Source: an uncultured Chloroflexia bacterium (GTDB taxonomy: Bacteria > Chloroflexota > Limnocylindria > Limnocylindrales > CSP1-4). Taken from it: a DNA stretch of 64,000 nt. This document shows, piece after piece, positions 28,504 to 37,840 of this stretch. The translations under genes and the position numbers were made by a program. How positions within the stretch are numbered: position 1 is the first letter of the stretch; every line of letters begins with the position of its first letter. The DNA lies in assembly GCA_963770795.1 (NCBI GenBank), contig CAVYQR010000006.1:2329-66328 (forward strand). The letters run 5' to 3'. The notes beneath the pieces were generated by a model that saw nothing but the letters and a program-made list of their open reading frames with translations, was not told the origin of the DNA and ran no database searches.

Positions 28504-29979
28504 ATGGCCCAACCCGCCCCGCAGCCCGTGACCCGTCCTCGGCGCATCTTCTTCGGCCTGTTCGATGCGGACGGCTGGAGCTGGGCGATCGTCAAGGCGG
28601 GTTTCTGGTTCGTCACGATCATCACCCTCCTCGGATACATCCCTGACCGCGCCTACTACTTCACCGTGCAACGGACCGTCGACCTCTGGCCATTGGCGAT
28701 CTCGTTCGCCACGCAGCCAACGGCCGAGAACACGCTGCTGCGGTGGTCGCCGATCAACTTCTGCCCGCCCGAGAACGAGACGCTGCCGTGTCCGGCGCCG
28801 GTCGGCGCCACGCTCCCGTGGCACCCGGCCCCGCCCGACGTCCAGCTGCCGGCCGCTCGCGTAGACGGCGCCACGGCCGTCATCGGCCAGACCTATCTGT
28901 ACGCCGGCGGCAGCGACGGCACGGCGGCGGTCGCCACGACGTACGTCTCGCACGCCGTTGGGACCGGGAACCTGGACGCGTGGTCCGAGGGGCCGGCGCT
29001 GCCCCAGCCGCGCTCCGACGCCGCGACCGTCGTGGTCGGCAGCACGCTCTATCTCATCGGCGGATATGGGCCCGACGGCGCCCCCACCACCACCGCCTAC
29101 AGCATCACCGTGGGCAACGACGGGACGCTTGGCGAGTGGCAGCCCGTTGACACTCTGGCGCTGCCCGAGCCGCGCGCCGGCGGCAGCGCGGTGACGGTCG
29201 CGGACGGGATCGTGGTCATGGGCGGGACGGACGGGACGGCGCCCACGCGCAGCGTGTGGAAGAGCCAGCAGGACGCCTCGGGCGCGCTGGGGCCGTGGGT
29301 GGCCCAGCAGCCGCTGTACGAGGAGAACATGGACGGGGTCGCGATGCATGTCGGCGACATCGTCTTCCTCATCGGTGGCCGGAACCTCTCTGGCGAGCCG
29401 GTGACCACCGTGCAGCAGGGCCTGGTGGGCGGGGGCCCGAACGCCACCGCAGAGGACCCGAACGTCATCGATGTCTGGCGGGCAATCGAGCAGATCAACC
29501 TCCCGGTCCCGCGGACGGACATGTCAGGGTTCACCGCGAACGGCGGGATCTACGTCCAGGGCGGCGCCGACGCCTCCGGCCCCAAGGCAGAGACCTGGTG
29601 GGCCACCCCCGACGCCGGGGGCTTCATCGCGGAGTGGAACAACCTGCCTGAGCTCGACCTGGGCGAGGGCGTGGTGGGCTCCGGCGCGGTCACCTCTGGT
29701 TCGCACGCCTTCATCATGGGCGGGGAGACGGCCGGCGGCCCGACGGCCGGCATCGCGCGCGCCAACCTGGCCCCGCAGGAGCCGTTCTTCCAGCTGGGCG
29801 TGCTGGGTGCCACGGTCCCGGGCCTCAAGCTGGACGGCGAGGTCGGCCAGCAGATCGGCTATCTGAACGCCGCAGGGGTGGGCACGGTCAACTTCATCGC
29901 GCTGCTGCTCGTCGGCTGGGGGTTTGCGCACAAGGACCGGGTCCGCGAGATCATCGCGAAGCGGCGCCGCAAGAGCTGA
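28504..29979 (+). CDS. Kelch-repeat membrane protein
   Basis: Repeated LY.GG...W..LP.PR Kelch units between N- and C-terminal TM helices; starts 4 nt after the cyt c stop. Confidence 0.85.
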   Translation: MAQPAPQPVTRPRRIFFGLFDADGWSWAIVKAGFWFVTIITLLGYIPDRAYYFTVQRTVDLWPLAISFATQPTAENTLLRWSPINFCPPENETLPCPAPVGATLPWHPAPPDVQLPAARVDGATAVIGQTYLYAGGSDGTAAVATTYVSHAVGTGNLDAWSEGPALPQPRSDAATVVVGSTLYLIGGYGPDGAPTTTAYSITVGNDGTLGEWQPVDTLALPEPRAGGSAVTVADGIVVMGGTDGTAPTRSVWKSQQDASGALGPWVAQQPLYEENMDGVAMHVGDIVFLIGGRNLSGEPVTTVQQGLVGGGPNATAEDPNVIDVWRAIEQINLPVPRTDMSGFTANGGIYVQGGADASGPKAETWWATPDAGGFIAEWNNLPELDLGEGVVGSGAVTSGSHAFIMGGETAGGPTAGIARANLAPQEPFFQLGVLGATVPGLKLDGEVGQQIGYLNAAGVGTVNFIALLLVGWGFAHKDRVREIIAKRRRKS

Positions 29980-30001
29980 GCTGCGGGCCGACCAACCGCG
30001 T

Positions 30002-30370
30002 TCAGCCGGGGAGCTGTCCCTCGCCGGGCTCGACCGGTCCTCGCCTGACGGGGAGTCCGAGGCGCTGCCAGCCGTCGATGCCGCCCGCCACGTTCCCCAC
30101 GTCCTCCCACCCCTGCTGCAGCAGGTAGCTCGTCACGCCCGTCGAGCGGCTGCCGGACTGGCAGATCACGAGAATCGGCCGGTCCCTCGGAATGTCCTGC
30201 AGGCGGACGCCCAGTTGGGACATCGGGATGAACAGGCAGCCCTCCACCCGGACCTGCCGGAACTCGTCCAGCTCGCGAACGTCGAGCAACAGCGCGGGTC
30301 GCACTGGGTCACGCCGCCGAATGTCCGCGTACAGCGGGTCGAGAGCCGGGATCGCCTGGGGGCGGTTCAT
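30002..30370 (-). CDS. Rhodanese-like domain protein
   Basis: LLDVRELDEF, ICQSGSRS, VAGGIDGW. Confidence 0.92.
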   Translation of the reverse strand: MNRPQAIPALDPLYADIRRRDPVRPALLLDVRELDEFRQVRVEGCLFIPMSQLGVRLQDIPRDRPILVICQSGSRSTGVTSYLLQQGWEDVGNVAGGIDGWQRLGLPVRRGPVEPGEGQLPG

Positions 30371-30474
30371 GCAGGTGCGGTCCTCCGGATGGTCGGGGCA
30401 ACGTGGGCGAGGTCCTGCTGCCCGGGAAGAGGCACGGTCGCCATGCCCCGAGTGTACCGGCGAGCACGCCGGGG

Positions 30475-30931
30475 TCAGGCGCGAGCCGACTCGTCCGGGA
30501 GCGTCGCCAGGGGTCGCCGGCCGGCGACACCCTCGTCGGCGTCGTGCCAGAAGCCCACGCGGTCCTCGCCCGAGTCGCCAGCACAGCCAGACCTGCCGTC
30601 CGCTCACCAGGGCAGGAAAGTCGATGAGCCCGGTGGGGATGTCCCGCAGGACGATCCCGCGCTCGTCGAGCCATGCGACATCGGCCTGCATCTGGTCCAC
30701 GAGGCCGCGCATCCGGAGGCGCAGGCGGCGGAGCTCCGGATCGTCGCCTCCGGCATCGCCTTGTGCGACGGGATCCTCGGCCATCAGATCCTCGACCAGG
30801 GCGCCCTCACGATCGCGGTAGGCATCCCGCAGCCCAACGAGCTCGGAACGCTCGTCGCGGAGCCGCGCGGCAACCACCGCGAGGTCGGGGACCAGCGCAT
30901 TGGCATCATCGGGCGAGAACAGGCGGGACAC
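30475..30931 (-). CDS. DUF2203-family protein (frameshift near 30570)
   Basis: RLFSPDDANALVP...GLIDFP...WLCWRLG, then shifted frame EDRVGFWHDADEGVAGRRPL. Confidence 0.85.
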
Positions 30932-31071
30932 GCAGCGATTGTACCGATGGGACCCGCGCCGGTCGCGAACCGGTCCCGAGTGGGTCCCATCGGTAGATGA
31001 CCATGGCTCCAAGGGACCATGGACGCGGTTTGACGCCGGGTGGGACACTGGGGCGACGAACCGGAGGTCCC

Positions 31072-32601
31072 ATGCCCACGCCCACCCTCACGTCCACGCC
31101 CGCGTCCGCCCGCCGCACGCCACTTCTGCCGCCGAGGGCAGGGGTCGTCCGGCCCGAGTCGATCAATCGGACGAGGCCGGCGCTCGTGGCCCTGGTCTCC
31201 TTCGTGGTGGCCATCGCCCTGGTTGTCACCGCCGCCCTGGGTTCCGGGCCCGCGTCTGCCCTCGGCGCCACGACGCTGACGGCGAAGTGCACCTCCAACC
31301 TGCGGACCAGCGCGAGCACGTCTGCCCGGCTCCGGGTGACGATCCCGGCGGGAACCCGCCTCGTGGTGACGACCTCCGTGACAGGCGGGCGATGGACGGT
31401 CAGCTGTGGCGGCCGGTCCACGGGGACCCGCTGGTACCGGATCTCGTCGATCAACGGCAAGTCGGTCAAGGCCCGCTACGGGATCAGCTACCTCTACGTC
31501 GCGACGGCCCTCGTTCGCACGCCCGCCGCGACCTCGACGGCGACGGCGAAGACGATGACCGCGAAGTGCACCTCCAACCTGCGGACCAAGGCGACCACGT
31601 CTGCCCGGCTCCGGGTCACGATCCCGGCGGGCACCCGCCTCGTGGTGACAGCCACCGTGACAGGCGGGCGATGGGCGGTCAACTGCGGCGGCCGGGTCTC
31701 GAGCAACCGCTGGTACCGGATCTCGTCGATCAACGGCAAGTCGGTCAAGGCCCGCTACGGGATCACCTACCTCTACGTGGCTACGAACCTGGCTCGCGCC
31801 TACGTCGCGCCGACGCCCGCCCCCACGCCCACGCCCACGCCGACGCCCGCCCCGACGCCAACACCCACGCCAACGCCCACGCCGTCCCCCGCGCCCACGT
31901 GGATCGAGGGCATCGACGTCAGCCACTGGCAGGGGACCATCAACTGGACGAAGGTCGCCGCGGCCGGCAAGCGGTTCGCCTTCCTCAAGGCCTCCGAGGC
32001 CTCCGACTTCGTCGACACCACCTATCCGACCAACCGGACGCGCGCCAACGCCGCGGGGATCCTGGTGGGGGCCTACCACTTCGCGCGCCCGGACGCGCCG
32101 CTGAGTGCCGCGACCACCGTTGGTGCCGCGACCGCCGCCGAGGTTGCCGCGACCGCCGCCGAGGTTGACGCGATCGCCGAGGCGGACCACTTCGTCGACA
32201 CCGCCGCACCTGCGCGCGGAGACCTGCTCCCCGTCCTGGATCTCGAGACGACGGGTGGCCTTGACGTCGCCACCCTCCAGACCTGGGTCCGGGCGTTCAT
32301 GGAGCGCGTCCACGATCGCACTGGGATCCGCGCCATGATCTACGTTTCGCCGTCGTTCTGGAAGACGTACATGGGCGACACGAGGTGGTTCGCGGACAAC
32401 GGGTACCCGGTCCTGTGGATCGCGCACTGGACGACCGCGACCCAGCCGACGATGCCGGCCTCGAACTGGGGCGGCGATGGCTGGACGTTCTGGCAGTACA
32501 CGTCCAGCGGTCACGTCAACGGCATCGGTGACGGCGTGACCACGCGCGTGGACCTGAACCGCTACCGCTACACGGACTTCACGCCCGCCCTCGTGCCGTG
32601 A
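31072..32601 (+). CDS. GH25 lysozyme/muramidase with two N-terminal SH3b-like repeats
   Basis: GIDVSHWQG, FLKASE, GAYHFA, VLDLE, LWIAHW, FWQYTS; signal peptide; PT linker. Confidence 0.92.
   Translation: MPTPTLTSTPASARRTPLLPPRAGVVRPESINRTRPALVALVSFVVAIALVVTAALGSGPASALGATTLTAKCTSNLRTSASTSARLRVTIPAGTRLVVTTSVTGGRWTVSCGGRSTGTRWYRISSINGKSVKARYGISYLYVATALVRTPAATSTATAKTMTAKCTSNLRTKATTSARLRVTIPAGTRLVVTATVTGGRWAVNCGGRVSSNRWYRISSINGKSVKARYGITYLYVATNLARAYVAPTPAPTPTPTPTPAPTPTPTPTPTPSPAPTWIEGIDVSHWQGTINWTKVAAAGKRFAFLKASEASDFVDTTYPTNRTRANAAGILVGAYHFARPDAPLSAATTVGAATAAEVAATAAEVDAIAEADHFVDTAAPARGDLLPVLDLETTGGLDVATLQTWVRAFMERVHDRTGIRAMIYVSPSFWKTYMGDTRWFADNGYPVLWIAHWTTATQPTMPASNWGGDGWTFWQYTSSGHVNGIGDGVTTRVDLNRYRYTDFTPALVP
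31282..31785. repeat. Internal direct repeat of about 225 bp, 279-bp offset (31282 and 31561)
   Basis: Both copies start gcgaagtgcacctccaacctgcggacca and share cgctggtaccggatctcgtcgatcaacggcaagtcggtcaaggcccgctacgggatca. Confidence 0.9.
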
Positions 32602-32647
32602 TGGGGTGGCCGGCGCGCCGTCCATAGCCGATAGACTGCTCGGCACC

Positions 32648-34408
32648 ATGGATCCGAGCGCCGCGACCGCGTCCTCGCACCGCCACGATGGCGACCGCCC
32701 GGGTCCCAACGCACTCATCGACCTGATCCGGGTCTCGGTCATCGGGGAGGACGAGGCGGTCGCCGGGCCGTACGGGATCCGCCGCGTGACGTACGCGGAC
32801 TACACCGCGTCCGGCCGCAGCCTCTCGTTCCTCGAGAACTACATCCGCGAAGCCGTCCTGCCGCTGTACGCGAACACCCACACCGAGAGCTCCGGCACGG
32901 GGCTCCAGACGACCCGCTTCCGCGAGGAGGCCCGCCGCCTGGTGCTCGAGGGCGTGGGCGGGGATCCGGAGCGGCACGCGGTCATCTTCGTCGGCTCGGG
33001 CTCCACCGCCGCGATCAACCGCCTGGTGGACGTGCTCCAGCTGCGTCTCCCGGCAGATCTCGCGGACCAGTGGGACCTGCGCGCCCACATCCCGGCGGAC
33101 CAGCGCCCCGTCGTGTTCATCGGCCCCTACGAGCACCACAGCAACGAGTTGCCCTGGCGGGAGTCGATAGCGGATGTGGTCACGATCCACGAGGACCGCG
33201 ACGGCGAGATCGACCTCGCCCAGCTGGCCGACGAGCTGCTCCGGTACGCGGATCGTCCGCTGAAGATCGGCAGCTTCTCGGCCGCCTCCAATGTGACCGG
33301 CATCGTCTCGGACAGTCGGGCCATATCCCGTCTCCTCCACGAGCACGGCGCGCTCTCGTTCTTCGACTTCGCGGCCGCGGCACCCTATGTCGAGGTCCAG
33401 ATGGACCCGGCTGGCGACCCGCTGGCGTACGTGGACGCGGTGTTCATCAGCCCGCACAAGTTCATCGGCGGCCCGGGCACGCCCGGCGTCCTCGTCGCGC
33501 GTCGGGAACTGTTCCGGAACAGCGTCCCGTCGATGCCCGGCGGCGGCACCGTCGCCTACGTCAACCCGGAGGAGCACGTCTACCTCACCGACATCGAGCA
33601 CCGCGAGGAGGGCGGCACGCCGGCCATCGTGGAGTCCATCCGCGCCGGCCTCGTGTTCGGGCTCAAGGCGACGGTCGGGACTGACGCGATCCGGGAGCGC
33701 GAGGCGGACTTCATCGGCCGTGCTCTCCATCGTTGGGAGGCCAACCCGGCCATCGAGATCCTTGGCAGCCGCCAGGCGGAGCGCCTGTCCATCGTCTCGT
33801 TCGTCGTCCGTCGCGATGGCAGGTACCTGCACCACAACTTCGTGGTGGCGCTCCTCAACGACCTGTTCGGGATCCAGTCCCGGGGCGGTTGCTCGTGCGC
33901 CGGGCCGTACGGGCACCGGTTGCTGGGCATCGACGTCGCGACCAGCCACGAGTTCGAGCGCGAGATCACCCGCGGCTGCGAGGGGATCAAGCCCGGCTGG
34001 GTGCGGGTGAACTTCAACTACTTCATCGGCGAGGCGGTGTTCGACTTCATCCTGGATGCCGTCGACCTGGTGGCGAGCGAAGGCTGGCGACTGCTGCCCG
34101 ATTACGCGTTCGACCCAGCGACCGGGCTCTGGCGCCACCGGGCGGGCCGGCCGGAGCCGCCGCTCTCGCTCCGCGACATCCGCTATGACGACGGAGCGAT
34201 GACGTGGGCAGCGCACCGGCACCGGGAGCCTGTCAGCCGCCTGGCGGAGTACCTGGAGGAGGCACGGCTGCTGCTCGCGCGGCCACCTCGGGCACTCTCG
34301 GCACCCACCATCGGCCCTGGAGAGGTTGGGCCCGACTTCGAGGGCCTGCGATGGTTCCTCTTCCCGGAAGACGTGTCGCCCCCCGAGGTGGGCGCAATTG
34401 ATGACTGA
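32648..34408 (+). CDS. Aminotransferase class V / cysteine desulfurase-like PLP enzyme
   Basis: YADYTASG, YANTHT, EHHSN, SNVTG, SPHKF (PLP Lys), RGGCSCAG. Confidence 0.92.
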   Translation: MDPSAATASSHRHDGDRPGPNALIDLIRVSVIGEDEAVAGPYGIRRVTYADYTASGRSLSFLENYIREAVLPLYANTHTESSGTGLQTTRFREEARRLVLEGVGGDPERHAVIFVGSGSTAAINRLVDVLQLRLPADLADQWDLRAHIPADQRPVVFIGPYEHHSNELPWRESIADVVTIHEDRDGEIDLAQLADELLRYADRPLKIGSFSAASNVTGIVSDSRAISRLLHEHGALSFFDFAAAAPYVEVQMDPAGDPLAYVDAVFISPHKFIGGPGTPGVLVARRELFRNSVPSMPGGGTVAYVNPEEHVYLTDIEHREEGGTPAIVESIRAGLVFGLKATVGTDAIREREADFIGRALHRWEANPAIEILGSRQAERLSIVSFVVRRDGRYLHHNFVVALLNDLFGIQSRGGCSCAGPYGHRLLGIDVATSHEFEREITRGCEGIKPGWVRVNFNYFIGEAVFDFILDAVDLVASEGWRLLPDYAFDPATGLWRHRAGRPEPPLSLRDIRYDDGAMTWAAHRHREPVSRLAEYLEEARLLLARPPRALSAPTIGPGEVGPDFEGLRWFLFPEDVSPPEVGAIDD

Positions 34409-35822
34409 TCGCACCCTCGCGGTCCTCGGCCTGGACGTCGGGACGACCGAGGCCAAGGCGCTCCTCGTCGGGCTGGACGGGAGCCTCCTGGGCCTGGGTC
34501 GCGCGGCGTACCCGATGGACCTGGGGCCGGGCGGCCGCGCGGAGCAGGACCCGCGCCTGTGGTGGTCGGCCCTCGCCGCGGCCGTGGCCACGTTGGAACC
34601 ACGGTCCGCGGGCGGCCCTGCGGCGCCCGAGATCCTCGCGATCTGCTGTGTCTCGCAGGGCCCGACGCTGGTCGCGGTGGACGCGGCGGGCGATCCCGTG
34701 CGCCCGGCGATCACCTGGCAGGACCGGCGTGCCGGAGGGACCGGGTTCGGGCTGCTGCCGAAGATGGCCTGGCTGGCGCGCGAGGATCCGGAAGCTGTGG
34801 CGCGGGCGGCCTGGCTGGTGCCGGCGTGGGACGCGATCGGACTGTGGCTCAGCGGCGAGGCGGCCTCGTCGCTGCAGGGCCACGAGGTGGTCCCATCGGG
34901 CGCCGAGCTGGCGGGCGCGGGGGTGCGGGTGTCCCAGGTGCCCGCGGCGCGGCCGTTCGGGTCGCGGCTGGGTTCCCTGACGGCGGCCGCGGCGGAGGTC
35001 CTCGGCCTGCGCGAAGGGATCCCGATCGTCTCCGGCGTCAACGATGGAGCCGCCAGCATGCTGGGCGCCGGGCTGCGCGCCGTGGGCGATGCCGTGGACA
35101 CCGGTGGGACGTCCGGCGGTATCGCGATCTACGCGGATGGGCCGGTGGCCCTGCCGGTGGCCGGCCTCTACCAGGCGCCCGCCCCGATCGTCGGGCGCTG
35201 GGTCGTGGGCGGCGCCATGGCTGCCCTCGGGGCCTCCATGGACTGGCTGAGGAGCTCTGTTCTGGGCGACCTCTGGTCCCCGGAGGAGCTGTTCGCCGAG
35301 GCGGCGTCCGTGCCGGCCGGAGCGGATGGGCTGGTCTTCCTGCCGTACCTGGCGGGGGAGCGGGCCCCGATCTTCGACGAGGACGCGCGCGGCGCGTTCG
35401 TGGGGCTCACGCTGGCGCATGGGCGCGCGCACCTGGTCCGGGCCGTGCTGGAGGGCGCCGCATTTGCGATGCGCCACGTCGCGGAGCCCCTGGCCCAGGC
35501 CGGAGCACCGGCGCTCGAGCTCCGCGTGGCCGGGCGGCCCAGCCCCGGCGACCTCTGGGCACGGGTCAAGGCGGACGTGCTGGGCGTGCCGGCGGTGATC
35601 CCGACCATCGGCGAGACTGCCGTCCTGGGCGCGGCGATCATCGCGGCAGCGGGCGTTGGGGCAGTGCCATCGCTGGAGGCGGGGGTGGCGTCGATGGTGT
35701 CGATCGCCCGGCGACTGGAGCCGGATCCTGCGACGCGGTCGATCTACGACCAGGCCTTCGGCGTGTACCGGGCGCTCTACCCGGCGTTGAGGCCGACGCA
35801 GCGGGACGGTGGGCACCGGTAG
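34401..35822 (+). CDS. FGGY-family carbohydrate kinase (xylulokinase-like)
   Basis: GLDVGTT, EQDP, ITWQDRR, FLPYLAGERAP, RAVLEG. Confidence 0.9.
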   Translation: MTDRTLAVLGLDVGTTEAKALLVGLDGSLLGLGRAAYPMDLGPGGRAEQDPRLWWSALAAAVATLEPRSAGGPAAPEILAICCVSQGPTLVAVDAAGDPVRPAITWQDRRAGGTGFGLLPKMAWLAREDPEAVARAAWLVPAWDAIGLWLSGEAASSLQGHEVVPSGAELAGAGVRVSQVPAARPFGSRLGSLTAAAAEVLGLREGIPIVSGVNDGAASMLGAGLRAVGDAVDTGGTSGGIAIYADGPVALPVAGLYQAPAPIVGRWVVGGAMAALGASMDWLRSSVLGDLWSPEELFAEAASVPAGADGLVFLPYLAGERAPIFDEDARGAFVGLTLAHGRAHLVRAVLEGAAFAMRHVAEPLAQAGAPALELRVAGRPSPGDLWARVKADVLGVPAVIPTIGETAVLGAAIIAAAGVGAVPSLEAGVASMVSIARRLEPDPATRSIYDQAFGVYRALYPALRPTQRDGGHR

Positions 35823-35889
35823 TGTTTTGACGCATCGCGCCGGCGGTCACGGGGCACGCGTCGGCGGCGCGGTGATAGCATCCGCGCCA

Positions 35890-36056
35890 GAGCCTTCGGG
35901 GCAGGGTGCGATTCCCGACCGGTGGTAGGGTCCCGAAACGCGGGACGAGCCCACGAGCGGCGCAGCGGCGACAGGGTCCGCGGCGTGCAGCAGATCCGAA
36001 GACGAGGTCCGCCTCGTCCGCCGGAGCCGACGGTACAGTCCGGATGAGAGAAGGCC
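35890..36056 (+). promoter_or_regulatory. FMN riboswitch (RFN element)
   Basis: Conserved blocks ccttcggggcagggtg, ttcccgaccggtggt, agcccacgagc, gcagatcc, ccggagccgacggt, agtccggatgagagaagg; TAGCAT -10-like box upstream. Confidence 0.95.
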
Positions 36057-36134
36057 AGGGCCGGCACGAGCCGCCGCGGTTCGTGCGCGTGCGCTTCCTG
36101 CCCCGTGCTGCTCGTGCAGGTACGGAGGTGGTCG

Positions 36135-37088
36135 ATGGCGACGCAGGAGGGCCCCGCAACGGGCATGCCCCCGCTCGCGCCCCCCCACGTCCCCGTCCCG
36201 CCTGCCGGGATCGGCGTCGACGGTGTCTCGCTGACCTTCCGCGGCGCCCGCACCACCCACGTCCTCGACGGCATCGACCTTGCCATCCGGCCGCGCGAGG
36301 TGGTCGCGCTCATCGGCCCCAACGGGTGCGGCAAGAGCACGCTCCTGAGGGTCCTGGGCGGACTGATCCCCGCCGACGCCGGTGCCGTGACCATCGACGG
36401 GGACCCGGTGACGGGCCCGGACCCGCGAGTCGGGCTCGTGTTCCAGGAGCCTCGGTTGCTCTCCTGGCGGTCGGCGGAGGACAACGTCCGCTTCCCGATG
36501 GAGCTTGCGGGCTGGTCGAAGGCGCGCCAGACGGCGCGGGCGGAGGACCTCCTGGGGCTCGTGGGCCTGCGGGAGTTCGCCGGCGCCCGTCCGTCGACCC
36601 TGTCCGGCGGCACGCGGCAGCGGGTGTCCATCGCCCGAGCCCTCGCACTGGAGCCCAGCCTGCTGCTCCTGGATGAGCCGTTCAGCGCCCTCGATGCCCT
36701 GACCCGCGAGCGGTTCAACGTGGAGCTGCTCCGCCTGTGGGATCGCACCGGGACCACGATCGTCCTCGTCACCCACAGCATCCCGGAGGCGGTGTTCCTC
36801 GCGGACCGCGTCGTCGTCCTCTCGCCGCGCCCCGGCCGGGTGGTTGCGGACATCCACGTGGAGCTGCCGCGCCCGCGCCGCGTGGCGGACCTGGATTCCG
36901 CGTTCGTGTCCCACGTGGCCGCAGAGGTACGGACCCACCTCGTGGACACGACCGACGACAGCATCGCGATGGAGGAGGCCCGGTCCGCCATCGAGGCCGG
37001 TGTCGCGCCGGCCCGGACCCGTCACGCGGAGACCGCGCCTGGCACTCCCGCCTGGTTCGACCCGTTCCGTTCGGAGGACGAGGCGTGA
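36135..37088 (+). CDS. NitT/TauT-type ABC ATPase, probable riboflavin transporter
   Basis: GPNGCGKST, LSGG, LLDEPFSALD; GGAGG SD; follows the FMN riboswitch. Confidence 0.92.
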   Translation: MATQEGPATGMPPLAPPHVPVPPAGIGVDGVSLTFRGARTTHVLDGIDLAIRPREVVALIGPNGCGKSTLLRVLGGLIPADAGAVTIDGDPVTGPDPRVGLVFQEPRLLSWRSAEDNVRFPMELAGWSKARQTARAEDLLGLVGLREFAGARPSTLSGGTRQRVSIARALALEPSLLLLDEPFSALDALTRERFNVELLRLWDRTGTTIVLVTHSIPEAVFLADRVVVLSPRPGRVVADIHVELPRPRRVADLDSAFVSHVAAEVRTHLVDTTDDSIAMEEARSAIEAGVAPARTRHAETAPGTPAWFDPFRSEDEA

Positions 37089-37840
37089 AGCGCGGCGCCG
37101 GCTTCGTGCTTCCCGTTATCGCCAGCCTCGTCGTGTTCGTCCTCGTCTGGCAGCTGGTCGTGTTCGTCACCGGCTACCAGTCGTTCATCCTGCCCGGGCC
37201 GTACACCGTGCTCGAGCGGTTCACGATGGCCTGGACCGACGGCACGATGTGGCCCCACACGCAGACGACCCTGGTGGAGGTCCTGCTGGGCTTCGCGATC
37301 GGCGCGACCATCGGGCTGGTCACCGGCATCGGCCTGGCGCGCTCCCGCCTGGCGGAACGGTTGCTGAGCCCCTACCTCGTGGCCGCCCAGGCAACGCCGG
37401 TCCTCGTGCTGGCGCCGCTCATCGTCCTCTGGTTCGGCAGCGGGCTGGCGTCCAAGCTCGTCATCTGCACCGTGATCGTCTTCTTCCCGGTTGCAGTGGC
37501 CACGATGGTCGGCATCCGGTCCGTTGACCCGCGGCTGCTGGAGATGGCGAGCAGCTTCCGTGCCACCAGCTGGCAGACGATCACCCGCGTGGAGGTCCCG
37601 GCCGCTCTGCCCGCGATCCTCGGCGGCCTCCGCGTCGGGATCACGCTGGCCGTGATCGGCGCCATCGTCGGTGAGTGGGCCGGCGGCGATTCCGGTCTCG
37701 GCGTGCTGATCAACATCGCCCGAGGCTCCCTGTTCGACATCCCGCTCATGTTCGCCGCCCTGCTCACGCTCGCGCTGGTCGGGGTGGCGCTGTATCTCGT
37801 CATGGTCCTCGTCGAGCGCCGGCTGGTCGGCGAGCGATGA
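37085..37840 (+). CDS. ribX: NitT/TauT-type ABC permease, RibX-like
   Basis: Six TM helices, AVIGAIVGEW, GLG; riboswitch context (symbol is inference). Confidence 0.8.
   Translation: MKRGAGFVLPVIASLVVFVLVWQLVVFVTGYQSFILPGPYTVLERFTMAWTDGTMWPHTQTTLVEVLLGFAIGATIGLVTGIGLARSRLAERLLSPYLVAAQATPVLVLAPLIVLWFGSGLASKLVICTVIVFFPVAVATMVGIRSVDPRLLEMASSFRATSWQTITRVEVPAALPAILGGLRVGITLAVIGAIVGEWAGGDSGLGVLINIARGSLFDIPLMFAALLTLALVGVALYLVMVLVERRLVGER

Noticed and set aside
30002-31048. Apparent DUF2203-rhodanese fusion ORF
   Set aside because: Created by a one-base insertion near 30570; the DUF2203 C-terminus is complete in another frame and rhodanese has its own SD and ATG
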